Notes under the pieces: generated by a model
What the model was told of the DNA's origin: nothing
What the model saw: only the letters and a program-made list of their open reading frames with translations
Databases searched by the model: none
Position numbers and translations under genes: made by a program
Assembly: GCA_002269645.1 (NCBI GenBank)
Contig: NIVC01000319.1
Span: 62,001 to 126,000, forward strand
DNA length: 64,000 bases
Reading direction: 5' to 3'
From: Macrostomum lignano
Lineage: Eukaryota
Part shown: piece by piece, positions 34,970-51,569 of the stretch
Layout: every line of letters begins with the position of its first letter
Numbering within the stretch: position 1 is the first letter of the stretch

Positions 34970-36685
34970 TCACGCAAATGAGCACTTGTCGAGCAGGAAC
35001 TCCGCTATGCCCACATAGTACACGGCTTGCGCTATGCCGAACAGTGGCGCCACCACCGCCATGCGGCACCCGGCGCCTTTGAAGAATGCCGTCACGCCTT
35101 CGTTGGTGAGCGTTTTTCTGTAAGAGGGGCGTTCAAATCGTTTGAGTGTAGATTCGTTCTCTACACCTCTGGGTGTACTTTCATTCTCTACCCCTCTGTG
35201 TGTACTTTCATTCTCTACCCCTTTGGGTGTACTTTCATTCTCTACCCCTCTGAGCGTACATTCATTCTCTACCCCTCTAAGTGTACATTTGTTCTCCAAC
35301 CTTTTAAGTGTACATTCATTCTCTCCCCCTATGGGTGTACATTCATTCTCTACCCCTTCTGAGTGTACATTCATTCTCTCCCCCTCTAAGTGTACAGTCA
35401 TAATCTGCGATTCTCCACAACCCATCATTGGCCAACAAGCAATCCCTAGCCAACCTGAAGCAGTCGATGACGCCATTAAATTTGACATCACCGTCGCCGT
35501 GCTTGAGAATTTGCAGTCGAGTTTTGATGACGTCCAGCGGAGTGACGCAGAAGGAGCCGGTGGCGCCGGACACGATTCCAGCCAGCAGCGACACATAGAA
35601 GGCGGCGTCCTGCGAATCCGGGCTCTTCCTCGGGCCCAGGTGGTTCAGGTGGGCGAACAGCGGGAAATAAATCACCGAGAAGGAGACGTCGCGCAGGAAG
35701 GTCGAGCCGAAGCCCTTATAGAGGCCAGTGATGCCACGCTCCCGGATCAAGTTGAGCGCCACTGAGGTCGTCGAGGCCCGGGGCGTCCCGGCCGCGTCGG
35801 CAGCGGCTCCGGCCACCTGGCCGTGGATTTTCAGCAGCTCCATGGGGGTGGTCACCACGATCTGGCAGGCACCGGCCAGACCGCCAGCCAGGCATTCGCG
35901 GGGCAGCGTCAGCTTGCCGCTGCGGCAGTGAAGGGGAACGTACTTTTAAATTATCGATTTGCACTTTTACTGCTTTTATCTGTAGAACGATGTTCGATCA
36001 TTTACCTGGGCGTTTCCAGTTTATGTCTGAAGAAATCGTTTCCAACCAGTTTGATTGCCTTCTCCGGGGTGATCAGCAGCAGGTTGACGGCGCTGCCTGC
36101 GAGATGAATCATAAAAATTCCGAATCTGATCCCAGTCTCGAATCCCATGACATTATCCTAATCCCTAGTTCCACTTGATTATAATCTCACCTCATTATCC
36201 GTTTCAGAATCCTCAATCAATCAATGCTAATCCCAAAATTCAATAATCCCCAGCTCAAATACCTCTGTACATGCCGAAGAAGCCCTCCTTCATAAACGTC
36301 TTTTTGCCGCAGTCGATCCTGCAAAAGTGCATTGGACAGCGCAGGTTTCGTCAGAAAATCTACAGATCAAATTGCTCAAATACAGCAGACTATAAGGTGA
36401 GCTGCTCACATTCCACTGTACATCCGGTGCCCCCCCTGCTGCTTCTGCAGGCGAGTCTTGACCAGATCGATGGGGAAAGTGCAGGTGACGCCAATCAGGC
36501 CAGCAATGGCGCCATTGATCACCTTTGGCAGCAGCCTATAAAGAGTCGGTGATTTGGTTTTTGAGCCAATAAGTCAGATATAACCCTCACTAGTCAGCAG
36601 CGATGCAAAACGGCAAGGTGATGATGATCAACACTCACCTGAACTGTGCCGGCTGAGCATCAACTTTCTGTGTCTGTGTGGCCAT
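34970..36685 (-). CDS. SLC25A22: Mitochondrial carrier, glutamate carrier (SLC25A22/GC1)-like
   Basis: Six exons 36685-36639, 36535-36410, 36318-36263, 36096-36006, 35919-35455, 35117-34970 join in frame. [74 protein letters not shown] give three Px[DE]xxK carrier signatures. Confidence 0.92.
35150..35395. repeat. Intronic minisatellite, 27-bp unit tacattcattctctacccctctgagtg
   Basis: Last intron of the SLC25A22-like gene. Confidence 0.9.
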
Positions 36686-37563
36686 ACCTGCAACTCTTTG
36701 CAATTCACAGTTTTCAGCTTTTTTAACTGAAAGAAACGCAACGATACATTCTGACTTTGGAGCATCGCCACCATCGCAGGTATATAACAAATCACTTGTT
36801 ATTTTTTATTAAAATTCAACATAACAGATTTATTATATCAATTTTTTATTATTTAGCATGTAAACTAACAATCTATATACCTTTAGTAAGGCAACAAAGA
36901 GATATAGTTTTTTAGTATACTACATAAAGCTTTTGACCTTGTGTAGTCAACTATCTAGTCTTCTTAGTTTAAAAGCAAAAATATTGAAAGCAAAAAGCAT
37001 CAAACCTGAAAGATAGCCATCTCATCTAAGGATATTAGCATCCCTTTTTAGGATTAAACAATTAAAAATTTTATATTAGTTTTCTAGCTTTTTTAGGCCT
37101 TGGCTTAGCTTTTTGGTAGTTTTTAATATATTTATTGACAAATAACTTAAATGACAAAGCTATACTATTATAGCTTGCTCCTATTGATGAAATATAGCAA
37201 ATAATTTTTTTGTATATGGGAAGATAATAGACTTCTTAGCTAATTAGATAGATTAGGTCTAGTTAGAAGCAAAGGCATATGCACCTGGGTCCCAAATATA
37301 CTTTAGGCAATAATCATAGTTGTGCCTGCCTATACCCTTTAGCTTCTATAGTGCTGTCATGTGATACTTAGGGTTCCCCCTTTTTAATGTGCATAGTAGG
37401 GTGGTTGTTGCATTATAAAGTAAGGGACATTAAAGTCAAATACGAGTATATAAATTATAGAAGGCATCTTAGTGAACACTCTAATTTGTATTTAATATTG
37501 ATAGTTGATTGAAAAAATGAAAGTGCAATGCACAAGAAAGAGCAAGATATATATGACTATAAT

Positions 37564-38457
37564 CTCTTTATGACTCTGGCGCCCTTTCTCTTCATGCTGG
37601 TATTGGACTGGGTGCTCAGGACTGGCCTGCCGACATCAGAGGATGGCTTTCTGCTGCAAAGGCGCACCAGTAAATGGCACCCGGAGAAGAAACTGTCTGT
37701 CCTTGGCTACGCAGATGACCTCGCCCTGCTGTCTTCGACGGCCGAAGGCGCCCAACGGCTGCTGGATGGCTTGACTGCGGCGGTGGCGAGGGTTGGTTCG
37801 TCATAAACACCAGGAAGACTGAGGTGCTGACGGTGCTGCATGATCTACCCACCGAGATTCAACTTCGAGTCGGCGACGGCACCAGGACGGCGCTCCCGAA
37901 GTGCCTTCAGGGCTGCCTTCTGATCTGTGCAGGCGGTGCTACTCTCTGAGGCCCTGTCCAACGGTGCCAGGTCCCAGCTGTTCCAGGCAGTTGTTGAGAC
38001 TGCCCTGCTATACAATGCTGAGACCTGGACACTGACTGGGGCGCTTGAGGCACAGCTCGATGCGGCATATGCAGCCCTAGTCCGCGCCGCTTTTGGTACC
38101 CGCTGCGGCCCTGGCAGCGAGACAACCGAGTCCCTGTACAAGCGCACAGGCCTGACGCGGCCTTCTGCCCTGCTGAGTCAGTGGCGCCTGTGGCTGGCCA
38201 GACATGTCATCTGGGCTGAAGCTTACTGCCCAGAGCCGCTGCAGGATATCCTGCTGTGGACACCGCAGGGACCGTGCAGGCATGGCCAGGGACAATCAGC
38301 CCGCTACATCAACCGCCTTTTTAAAGATGCGCGAGCACCCAGCCAGGCAGCCGGTGTGAAGCACATTAGAGACCTAGCTCTAAAACGCGCAATTTGATGC
38401 TCCCCCCTTTTGACCACTTCTGTGGCTGGCATGGGGCGTAACTATTATTATTATTAT
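37564..38457 (+). mobile_element. 5'-truncated, degenerate RTE-like non-LTR retrotransposon (RT C-terminal part)
   Basis: TLAPFLFMLVLDWVLR, LGYADDLALLS, LFQAVVETALLYNAETWTL. Frameshift near 37797, an internal deletion and a stop near 37920. (TTA)n tail. 12-bp TSD tatgactataat at 37552-37563 and 38458-38469. Confidence 0.88.
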
Positions 38458-39140
38458 TATGACTATAATATACAATATATAAGAAGTAAATTGTATTAGA
38501 TAAGAAGATAGCTTGGTCACAGTGTAACAATGATTTTGTCTGTACATTTTGTCTACCACATTTTTGTCTGCTAATATTCATGAAAAGTCATTTTGTCTGC
38601 CAAAATTGCAGCATTTCTTTGAGGTCACACTAATTAATTTGCTCTTAATTTACTTGTTCACTGGCTCTCCACCTGCCTGCCCATCTGACTTCAATGGTGC
38701 TTTGATCTCTATGGATAAAGTCTCTAGGGTATGTTTTACTCATTTGCTAACCCTAGTAGCATGTAGATTTGTTAGCACAATGATTTGAATTGTTCATTAA
38801 TATATAATTAATTGTGCTTAGTATGCATGTTAAGTACAAGAATTGTTTCAAAGATAACTCATAATTTCTATTTAAACAAATAAACTACACGTTTGTTTTA
38901 ACTTATAAAAGTCTATTCACTGCAGACCACAAAAACTCTAGGACCCACACCTAATTCTTCTGCTAGAAAAGTTGTTTTGTCTGTTAGCAGACAAAAAGGC
39001 AGCAAAAAAATCATTGCACAACTTTAATAGGATGCTTAAACAGAATGGACTTTTACTAAAGCCCTAATCAAAAATAAAATTGACAAATTCTCCTAAGCAG
39101 CATCTCTAGACTTTCATTGCAAAAAATTCTGTTTGACCTA

Positions 39141-39503
39141 TTATTATTATTAGAGGCAGGGGGGTTCTGTGCACCCTGGCACACTTCAAGCGACATAGGC
39201 ACCACAACCAGCGAGAGGCATTGCTGCCTATTCTGCCGACTCCCCTGAGCAGGCATAAAAGCATGCGGATACGTACATAGGCACACACTCACACAGGAGT
39301 GTACAGCAGCCCTAACTTTATTTTGTCGTTAGGCATGTACACTTCACTGCGCCTTGGGAGGTTGGCTCTCAAGGCCGTTAATTACACGAGTAGAGCCAAG
39401 CCAAGATTCCAATTTAGCCCCAAATTAATGTGACTGCACTTAGAATCAAGCCTGGGTTGCTGGCACACCAGAGCAGCTGCGCTACCGCTGGGCTACAGCC
39501 CCC
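39141..39503 (-). mobile_element. tRNA-derived SINE, copy 2 (same family as 17207-17565)
   Basis: Aligns end to end with copy 1. 13-bp TSD tctgtttgaccta at 39128-39140 and 39504-39516. (TAA)n tail. Confidence 0.9.
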
Positions 39504-39694
39504 TCTGTTTGACCTAAATAATACTAGAAATATTAAAAATCTAAAATTGACTAAGTATTCAAAAATTATAACAAAAACTAATATTTACATAGCTTTTGCT
39601 AAAATGTATATTACCAAAATGACCTTTTGCTAAAATAACTTTCACAAAATGAATTTTTGCCAAAAATGACCCTAATGGCCTAACCCCTAAACTA

Positions 39695-39780
39695 ATGACT
39701 GTGACTGCATTTGGAATCAAGTCTAAAAAAGTTGGCATACTAGAGTGCCACATTAAACTATTACATTAGGCTATGACCCC
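39695..39780 (-). mobile_element. Heavily mutated relic of the same SINE head
   Basis: gtgactgcatttggaatcaagtct...gttggcatactagag...taggctatgacccc parallels gtgaccgcacttggaatcgagcct...gctggcacaccagag...tgggctacggcccc. Confidence 0.6.
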
Positions 39781-41912
39781 TAACAATAATTTTTCAATAG
39801 AAGCATACAGCATAGAGCTCTCTTGTACTCTTATTGGCAGTCTTAGGTATAAAATTATTAATCCCTGATCTTTCGAGATCACCTAGCAACAAAAGTTAAA
39901 ATGTAGGCCAACAATTGGTCATTGGATTGGACTTTTATATAATGTTAAATTATGATACAAGACTAAAGACATCGGAGAAAAATAAATGTATGCAGGTCCT
40001 AAAAACATCACACGTAAATTATTGATCGATTTTTCTACATTTTCTCGCTCAGTAATAAAAGCCTTAGCCCTTAGGCCTAGGGCCTACTAGGAGGCGTAGG
40101 CGGCAAAATCATTTTCTGGCAAGTTTCATGAAAATGGGCGAATCAACAGATTTTATATAGAAACTGAAAGTACAGTTTTAGAAGTTACTAATTTCTCCAG
40201 CTTTCTACTGCATGAGATGACTGCAGTGGAATTATGATTGATGAGTGGTGTTAACGACGAAATCATATTCCTGCACGATTTTTCTAATAAAATTTGCAAT
40301 CAAAACTGTTCGAATTCGTTTTAAATTATAAGTCCATAATTAAAAATACAGCAGCCTTTGCTTAAAACCATAGGCAGGGGATCTGATTTTTTAATAGGTT
40401 TTTAAAAACTTAGCCTAGTTAATTTTATTGCTTTTGTTTTAGTAGTTTAGTATGAAATTAAAAAATGTTAATCTTTCAAGTTGCTATTTGCATTGAATTT
40501 ATATTGAATTAAATAAAAAAAGTAAGTATACTTTTACTGAAAAAATTATATGCTTCTGGACACAACTCATAAGGAAGTTGTAATTTATGATGTATACGCA
40601 TTGAACATGATAAAATATATTTGCTAGCACATGCCGTTTGTATGACATTTCGAGATTACATTATGTTGTAAATAAAACGATTTTCAATAGCCATTGATTG
40701 AAGTTTTATCGTTGAATTTAAAGCATTTGATTTAGTTTGATAATATTTGACAATTGAAATGCCTTTAGATAGAAGTATATATTGCTGGGCCTATATTCTG
40801 TGTCAAATTGATGTTGTCGAAACTATTTGCAAAGTTAAATAAAAGATAATGTTTAAAAATTTGAGAGGTATATTCCTATTAGGCAGCATTTAGATCCAAT
40901 GACAATAGTCTAATTTATCATTAGGTTGATTTTTGAAGTCTGTAGTTATTATTCCTTTCCCTTGGCTTCAGCCTCTATTTTTTCCTTTCTCTAACTTCTA
41001 GTATAAATTGAGCAACCCAAGGTTCAATGGATTCAAATCATTTTGGCACTAGGATGTTAATTTTGGCAAAAATTGGTACCAGTTTGGCAGTTTTGCAACC
41101 CTTAAGTATTTTAAGGGCTGTATTTTATATATATCATATCAAATCAATCTTTATTCGATTCCAAACTGCAAATACTTGAAGTGCTATAAATTAAAGTGCA
41201 TTCCCCCAACCTCAACACTCAACTCTAACTCAGTGGCACAGGACATGTTCTCAGTGTGTTCTAAGGGAAGGGGCATTGGATGTACATTCTGTACTTCTAA
41301 CTATATCACTATCAACCTGTCCCTGGACTTTGCCTTGACTTATGGACTAACAAACATATACTTCAAATATTGATTTAATTTATACCCCAAAATTTTGTAT
41401 TCATTTACTACCAATCTCACTCGTTTCTTTTGCTCAAAAATAAACCTAAAGATGCACAGTATCATGTGAAATGCATCATTCAATTAATTTAAAATAATTT
41501 TGATTTTTGCCTTCCTATTTATATTACTTGCCAAGCAAGCAACTCTACCTGAATAATAGTACTATTTATACAGTACTGTGGAAATAATGAGTGCCTAATC
41601 ACAGGTGAAAATAACTATCAAATTGCATTTTATTAATAATTAGGTTAATTTAGATAATTATTTATTATTTATTACAATATGACACCTATCTAGGCAATAT
41701 GCCAATTTAATTGGTACATAAATATTGATAGGCACTATCATATAAAAATAAGAAGCATAGTTTGGTTATTAAGCAATTATTTATAAAACTTTTATAAATG
41801 TTTCCTTTGCATAACATGGAACAATTACTCTGCAAATGCCTCATGCAGTGCTTTGATGATTCTTTCATTCATGCTCAGCAAATTCAGAGCTATTCCAGGT
41901 TAGCTGTCTGCC

Positions 41913-43635
41913 ATGAACTTTGACGAATTTGGCAAAGACATGCTTGGCGGCAGTGGCCGGCCATCATCTTTCCGCGGTGGTGGCGCTGGCAGTGGCCACA
42001 GTGGCAACTCATTCGCCGACCGGCACGCCAGCATGATGAGCTCCACGCCCCGGGAGCCCAGCTCGGGTCTCTGGCTAGCCTGGCAGATCGCCTACCCAAT
42101 CTGTCTCGGCCTGCTCAACTTCTGCCTGGTGGTTGGCGCCTGGCTCTGGTTCAAGCACCCGCTCTACCTGTTCCGCCTGCTGCGCTGGCTGCAGACCCGC
42201 CGGGCCGGCCTGCGCTGCCGCCAGATCCAGCTGGACGGCACAGTCTACCGCATCGCCGAGAAGGGCCGGGCTGACAAGTTCCGCACCTCCATGCTGCTGA
42301 TCCACGGCCTGGCGGATGACGTGTCCAGCTGGAACAGCTTTGTGGAACTGATTGACGCGCAGGTGAGCGGTTTAAATTAGCTCACCAGTAAGCCCAGGAT
42401 AAGCTAGTAAATCTTAAACCATTGCCCTGGATGGACTTTTGAGGAATGTGCGAATGTGCTGGATGAACCCTGGATCATGCCTTGGATGAACCCTGGATCA
42501 TGCCCTGGGTGAACCCTGGATCTTGCCCTGGATGAACCCTGGATCATGCCCTGGATGAACCCTGGATCATCCCCTGGATGAACCCTGGATCATGCCCTGG
42601 ATGAACCCGGATGCCCCCCGCCCCGACCCGCAGGCCGAGCACTGCCTGGCCGTCGAGCTGCCCGGCCACGGCGGCAGCCTGGCCAGTTCGGCCGAAGAAT
42701 TCGACCTGGAGCCGCTGGCCCGCCGAGTCCGCAGCCTGGTCTGCGCGGCCGGCTACGAGAAGCAGCCGATGCACGTGATCGGCTACAGCATGGGCGCCTG
42801 CGTGGCTGGCGCCTACGCGGCCCTCTACCCTGAACAGGCCGACCTGCTCACCGTGGCCGCCCCGTTGATGCGCCAGCCTTCGGCCACCGAGGAGGCCAAC
42901 ACTGAGCTGCTGCACCGCCTGAGCAGCTGGCTGGCTCCGGCCAGCTACGACGAGCTGACGGTGGCGCTGCGGCACCGCGCCTACAGGCCCGTGCCGGTGG
43001 CCTCCCAGGTGCTCACCGGCATGCTGGAGGACCGACTGCCCAAGCTGGAGTTCCACCGAGCTCTGCTGGCCAACTGCTTCGAGGAGGCCAACTGCAATAT
43101 TCTGCTGCGCCTGGCCGAGCAGATCACCGCCGCCACGCACATCATCTGGGGCAAGCAGGACGAGGTGAGCTGCAATCTGATTGGCTGAGATCTGATTGGC
43201 CGAAATCTGATTGGCTGAGATCTGATTGGCTGAGATCTAGTTGGCTGAAATCTGATTGGCTGCGATCTGATTGGCTGAAATCTGATTGGCTGAAATTTTA
43301 TTGGCTGAAATCTAATTGGCTGCGATCTGATTAGCTGAAATCTGATTCGATGCGATCTGATTAGCTGAAATCTGATTGGCTGCGATCTTATTGATTTACA
43401 ATAAGGCAGTTTCATAGAAAAAATCACCGATTCCATTAATCAGTCTCCCTCCAACCCATTCCCTCAGCTATCCCTGGTGTCCCTGGCCGGCCAGCTCCAG
43501 AAGTCGCTGCCCAACGTGTGCCAGTCGGACATTCTGGACGAATGCGGCCACTCGCTGGAGCTGGAGTGCCCCGCCAACTTCTTCGGCCTGGTGTACAAGT
43601 TCAGGAAGAACCAGTCGCTGAAGAAGTTCAGTTGA
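41913..43635 (+). CDS. Alpha/beta hydrolase, ABHD6-like (membrane-anchored lipase)
   Basis: Exons 41913-42362, 42634-43164, 43468-43635. N-terminal TM, LIHGLAD oxyanion motif, AVELPGHG, nucleophile motif GYSMG, IIWGKQDE (acid), CGHSL (His). Confidence 0.88.
42460..42610. repeat. Intronic minisatellite, 23-bp unit gatgaaccctggatcatgccctg
   Basis: ABHD6-like intron 1. Confidence 0.92.
43175..43385. repeat. Intronic minisatellite, 15-bp unit aatctgattggctga
   Basis: ABHD6-like intron 2, starting about 10 nt after the donor. Confidence 0.92.
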
Positions 43636-43721
43636 ATTTTACAGTTTTACAGAATCAAGCATAACAAATATTATGCGTCGGAACCTCTGAAAATACCTTT
43701 GAGCACGCCCATGGCCCATGA

Positions 43722-47270
<3,549 letters not shown>

Positions 47271-48169
47271 TAATTAATTAATAATTAATAGCAATAAAAT
47301 ATTGAACTAAAATTATTAAATCGAGCACAGAATAGAAACGTCTGCAGTGCTACGAGATTAAGCTTCAATACTGGGCGTATTACAGCAAGTTTTCATTGTA
47401 CACTTTATCTATCAGTCTTGTGCATATGCTGTGCATGCTCTGATATCTAATATTGCATAGATGTAGACTTTTCCGCATCTATATTACTGTCAGTAGCAAG
47501 CCTTGAATCGTGTGCGTCTCATTTCTAATGAAATCTCTGCCGTTTTTCTTCATGCTTTTGCTGACCACTGCAAGCTGCGGGAGCGATGAGTTTTAATTTG
47601 CCTGTACGCCACGCGAGCCTTCACAATAAATTATAAGAAACAAAACGGGCCGTCCAATTTGGTCAAGAGGTCCATGGCTGGCGCAAATTTTGCCGAGAAA
47701 ATCTCAATCTTGCTACTTTAGGTATTTCTGATGATCCAGTCTAGTCTCAACTGAAGTCTTATTCTTACCAATGGCTTTAATCCGCTCTTCTGCTTATTGT
47801 TTATTATTAAACTCTTTGGTGTCTGCTGTCATTTTTATTGTTTCCTGACACTGTCTATTAATCTCTGATCTACCCTTGCTGCTGTGTGCAAAGTTATTAA
47901 TAGGGAAAAAATATACTATTGCTCTGTCCCACACTTTATCGCTTTATGTTAAATCTGTCATTCAGTCAGAATCATCGGCTCTGTGTGCATTGCTGCCATT
48001 TCTGCTGCTTTCGGGTTTTGTAGATTGGGATGGGGGATTGAGGACTGCGGCATGCCGTTCGAGCAAATTCATTCGATTGCAGAGATGGGATGAGGGAGCT
48101 CTGGCTGGAAGCGTGTGAGAATGGGGACTGGTTGAGCTTGGCGTGTGAGTAGGAAGAGGGGGGCAGACA

Positions 48170-48700
48170 CAGGTGGGAGAGGGATAGGGGGAGAGATGAG
48201 AGAGGGAGAGAGGGATAGGGGGAGAGATGAGAGAGGGAGAGAGGGATAGGGGGAGAGATGAGAGAGGGAGAGAGGGATAGGGGGAGAGATGAGAGAGGGG
48301 AGGGGGATAGGGGGAGAGATGAGAGAGGGGAGGGGGGTAGGGGGAGAGATGAGAGAGGGAGAGAGGAATAGGGAGAGAGATGATAGAGGGGAGGGGATAG
48401 GGGGAGAGATGAGAGAGGGAGAGAGGAATAGGGGGAGAGATGAGAGAGGGAGAGAGGAATAGGGGGAGAGATGAGAGAGGGAGAGAGGAATAGGGGGAGA
48501 GATGAGAGAGGGAGGGAGGAATAGGGGGAGAGATGAGAGAGGGAGAGAGGAGGGGGAGAGATGAGAGAGGGAGAAAGGAGGGGAAGAGATAGGAGAGGGA
48601 AGAGTGGAATAGAGAATAGGGGAGAAAGGAGAGGGAGAGGGGGAAGACGGGAGAGGAGGAGAAGGGACAGGAGAACGGGGATATGAGAAGAGATGCGAGA
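48170..48700. repeat. Purine-rich degenerate repeat (gggagagagggatagggggagagatgagaga)
   Basis: Direct; almost purely A/G on the + strand. Confidence 0.93.
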
Positions 48701-49783
48701 GGTAGAGCAGCAATTATTAAATGAAAACAAACTGTAAAAGAAGAGTTGATCTGGTAGGTGAGGACTGAGGAGTTGTCCCCAGTCCTGGTGCTCAGTACCC
48801 AGCCTGCTCAAATCTTAAACAAGTAGAACCCTATTTGCGGCTAAGCAGCACTGCGCCTGAGCAAGATTAGAAGGAAGGGAGAGGAAGCCAGAGGGGTTAT
48901 CAATGCAAAGGATACGCTCACAGTATCCATTGTTTACAAGTGAATTGCAGTATCAGTTGGGCATGGAGTCGAAGGCGGTCAACCTTCATTAAGAATCTTG
49001 TCGTGTATTCATTATACGAGTAGTTGTTGAATTATTACTCATTGGACGGTTTTCGAGAGTCCGCCCGACTTGCATGGGGTGTGCCGCATTTAATCTGGAG
49101 TTCTTGATGTCTTGTTGTCAGTTGTCAGTTGTCTTGTTGTTACAGTATTGGCGCGCTTGTATGTTGCTCAGGAGTCAGCGGAATGGGCATGGAGTTGCCT
49201 CAGCGCTGGTTAATGCGAGACCTCGAGCCCGAGCACGGCTCCATAGCGCACTGCAGCAGCGGCAGCTCCCCCATGGAATTTCGAAGAGCTGCTTTTCCCA
49301 CACCAGCTGGACAAGCACAAACAGCCGGTGGAATTTCGGATTTCTTCTGCTGGATTTTGGCTCAGCTTTCAGACCCTCACACGGCACCTGCAGACCCGCG
49401 CATGGCAACGCAAGCCGTGTCGCGGTCCGCTTCGGTTAGCCCAGCAGCCTCCCGATGATGCAGCAACAGCATCACGGATCCGGGAGCCCTTCAGCCCCCA
49501 ATAATATCCCTCTCCCCTCACTTCCCGCAGGTCCCCGCCGGTTTCCCATGGCCGGTCGGGCTTGTTGCGTGTCAGCCCGGTGGCAGATAATGAGCCGCAG
49601 ACTGACTGACATCCGCCTTACAGCTTTGATAAGGATATCCCGGCAGCTTCTGCGGTGTCGAAAACATTTTTGCCGCTTTGGCCTCCTTTTTGTCTCGGAA
49701 ATTCGGCCTCAAGGAGTTCTGGAAACTTGGGGTCTGGCGGAGTGCTGGCTACCGGCCGAACCCAAGTTTCACTCAGAGACAAA

Positions 49784-49991
49784 TAGGAGTTGTGGAACAT
49801 CTTGTTGCCAGGGGGTCAAGAGTCCCAGATACCAAGATACTGACCCCCTTGACCTCTTGACCTCCTCTGGAAGGCAACTATTGTAGTTAAGCGGTTAATC
49901 TCGAAGTCGCGGTGTAGTTGCCCCCCCACATCTTAATGCCAAGAGGGGCAGCTGCCCCCTCTGTCCCCCCTACCCCGTTCCGCAGTGCCTA
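49784..49991. mobile_element. Degenerate MITE related to the 8696-8932 element
   Basis: Left end taggagttgtggaac...ttgccaggggg and right end ggggcagctgccccc...gttccgcagtgccta parallel the 8696-8932 element. No TSD is recognisable. Confidence 0.5.
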
Positions 49992-50621
49992 CCTCAACTA
50001 GTCATGAGCTGACTCCAACATGTATGCAGCTGATGAGGCTTTGGGGAAGAGCTGCTGCTACTCCGAATTCCAGTTCAAGATCGCCTTGGCGGGGGCATCC
50101 GGCCGTGGGAGAATGCGGCGGCAGGGGGGGTGGGGGAGCCCCGCTGCTGGCTGACATGACAGCTGGCCCAGTCCGGATATTTGGCCAATTTGCGAGCACC
50201 GGATGCTCGCGCCCTAATTAACCAGTCCGCCCGCTTAATGAACTTATCAGCCGCAGCTCAGCGCCCCTTCCTCACCTGGCATTCCTTCTTCTGGGCTTCG
50301 CTTATTTTTCTCTGCTTCCGATAGAGCGCGGCCGCAGCAACCCCAGCCTCCGCCCGCTCCATCTGTCCCCCGCTTTCTCCTCTCCACCCCCATTGCTGCT
50401 CCAGCGAATGGCAGCCGAGCAGTGCCATTGCCTATTTCTGCAGCTCCCAGAAGCAGAAGCTCAATGCTTTGCAGCGGCTGCGCGCACAGGCAAATTCGGC
50501 TGTCTTCCGGAGACCGAAGCAACTGGCAATGAAGCGCCTGGCAACTGAGGTCCACCCGTTCGGCGGCGGCAAGTCGTCGCGACTTGAAGGCAAGTTGATT
50601 TGAGCCAAGCACTTAGTCTCT

Positions 50622-51565
50622 CTCATCAAATATGGCGCCACTCTCATAAGATATGGCGCCACTCTCATCAAATATGGCACCACTCTCATCAAATATGGCA
50701 CCACTCTCATCAAATATGGCACCACTCTCATCAAATATGGCACCACTCTCATCAAATATGGCACCACTCTCATAAGATATGGCACCACTCTCATAAGATA
50801 TGGCGCCACTCTCATCAGATATGGCACCACTCTCATCAAATATGGCACCACTCTCATAAGATATGGCGCCACTCTCATCAGAAAAGGCGCCACTCTCATC
50901 AAATATGGCACCACTCTCATCAAATATGGCACCACTCTCATAAGATATGGCGCCACTCTCATCAGATATGGCGCCACTCTCATCAAATATGGCACCACTC
51001 TCATCAAATATGGCACCACTCTCATCAAATATGGCACCACTCTCATCAAATATGGCACCACTCTCATCAAATATGGCACCACTCTCATCAAATATGGCAC
51101 CACTCTCATAAGATATGGCACCACTCTCATCAGATATGGCGCCACTCTCATCAGATATGGCGCCACTCTCATCAAATATGGCACCACTCTCATCAAATAT
51201 GACACCACTCTCATAAGATATGGCGCCACTCTCATCAGATATGGCACCACTCTCATCAAATATGGCACCACTCTCATCAAATATGGCACCACTCTCATAA
51301 GATATGGCACCACTCTCATCAGATATGGCGCCACTCTCATCAGATATGGCGCCACTCTCATCAAATATGGCACCACTCTCATCAAATATGACACCACTCT
51401 CATAAGATATGGCGCCACTCTCATCAGATATGGCGCCATTCTCATCAGATATGGCACCACTCTCATCATATATGGCGCCAATCCTATCAAATCTGAGGCC
51501 AATCTCATAAAATATGGCGCCAATCTTATCAAATATGGCGCCACTCTCATCAAATATAACGCCAC
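50622..51565. repeat. Minisatellite, 21-bp unit atcaaatatggc(a/g)ccactctc
   Basis: Direct. Confidence 0.96.
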
Positions 51566-51569
51566 TCCT

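Noticed and set aside
49060-50610. GC-rich segments with several 60-140-aa ORFs upstream of Tbx1
   Set aside because: No family motifs, and frames do not join through credible splice sites; more likely regulatory or TE-derived sequence.
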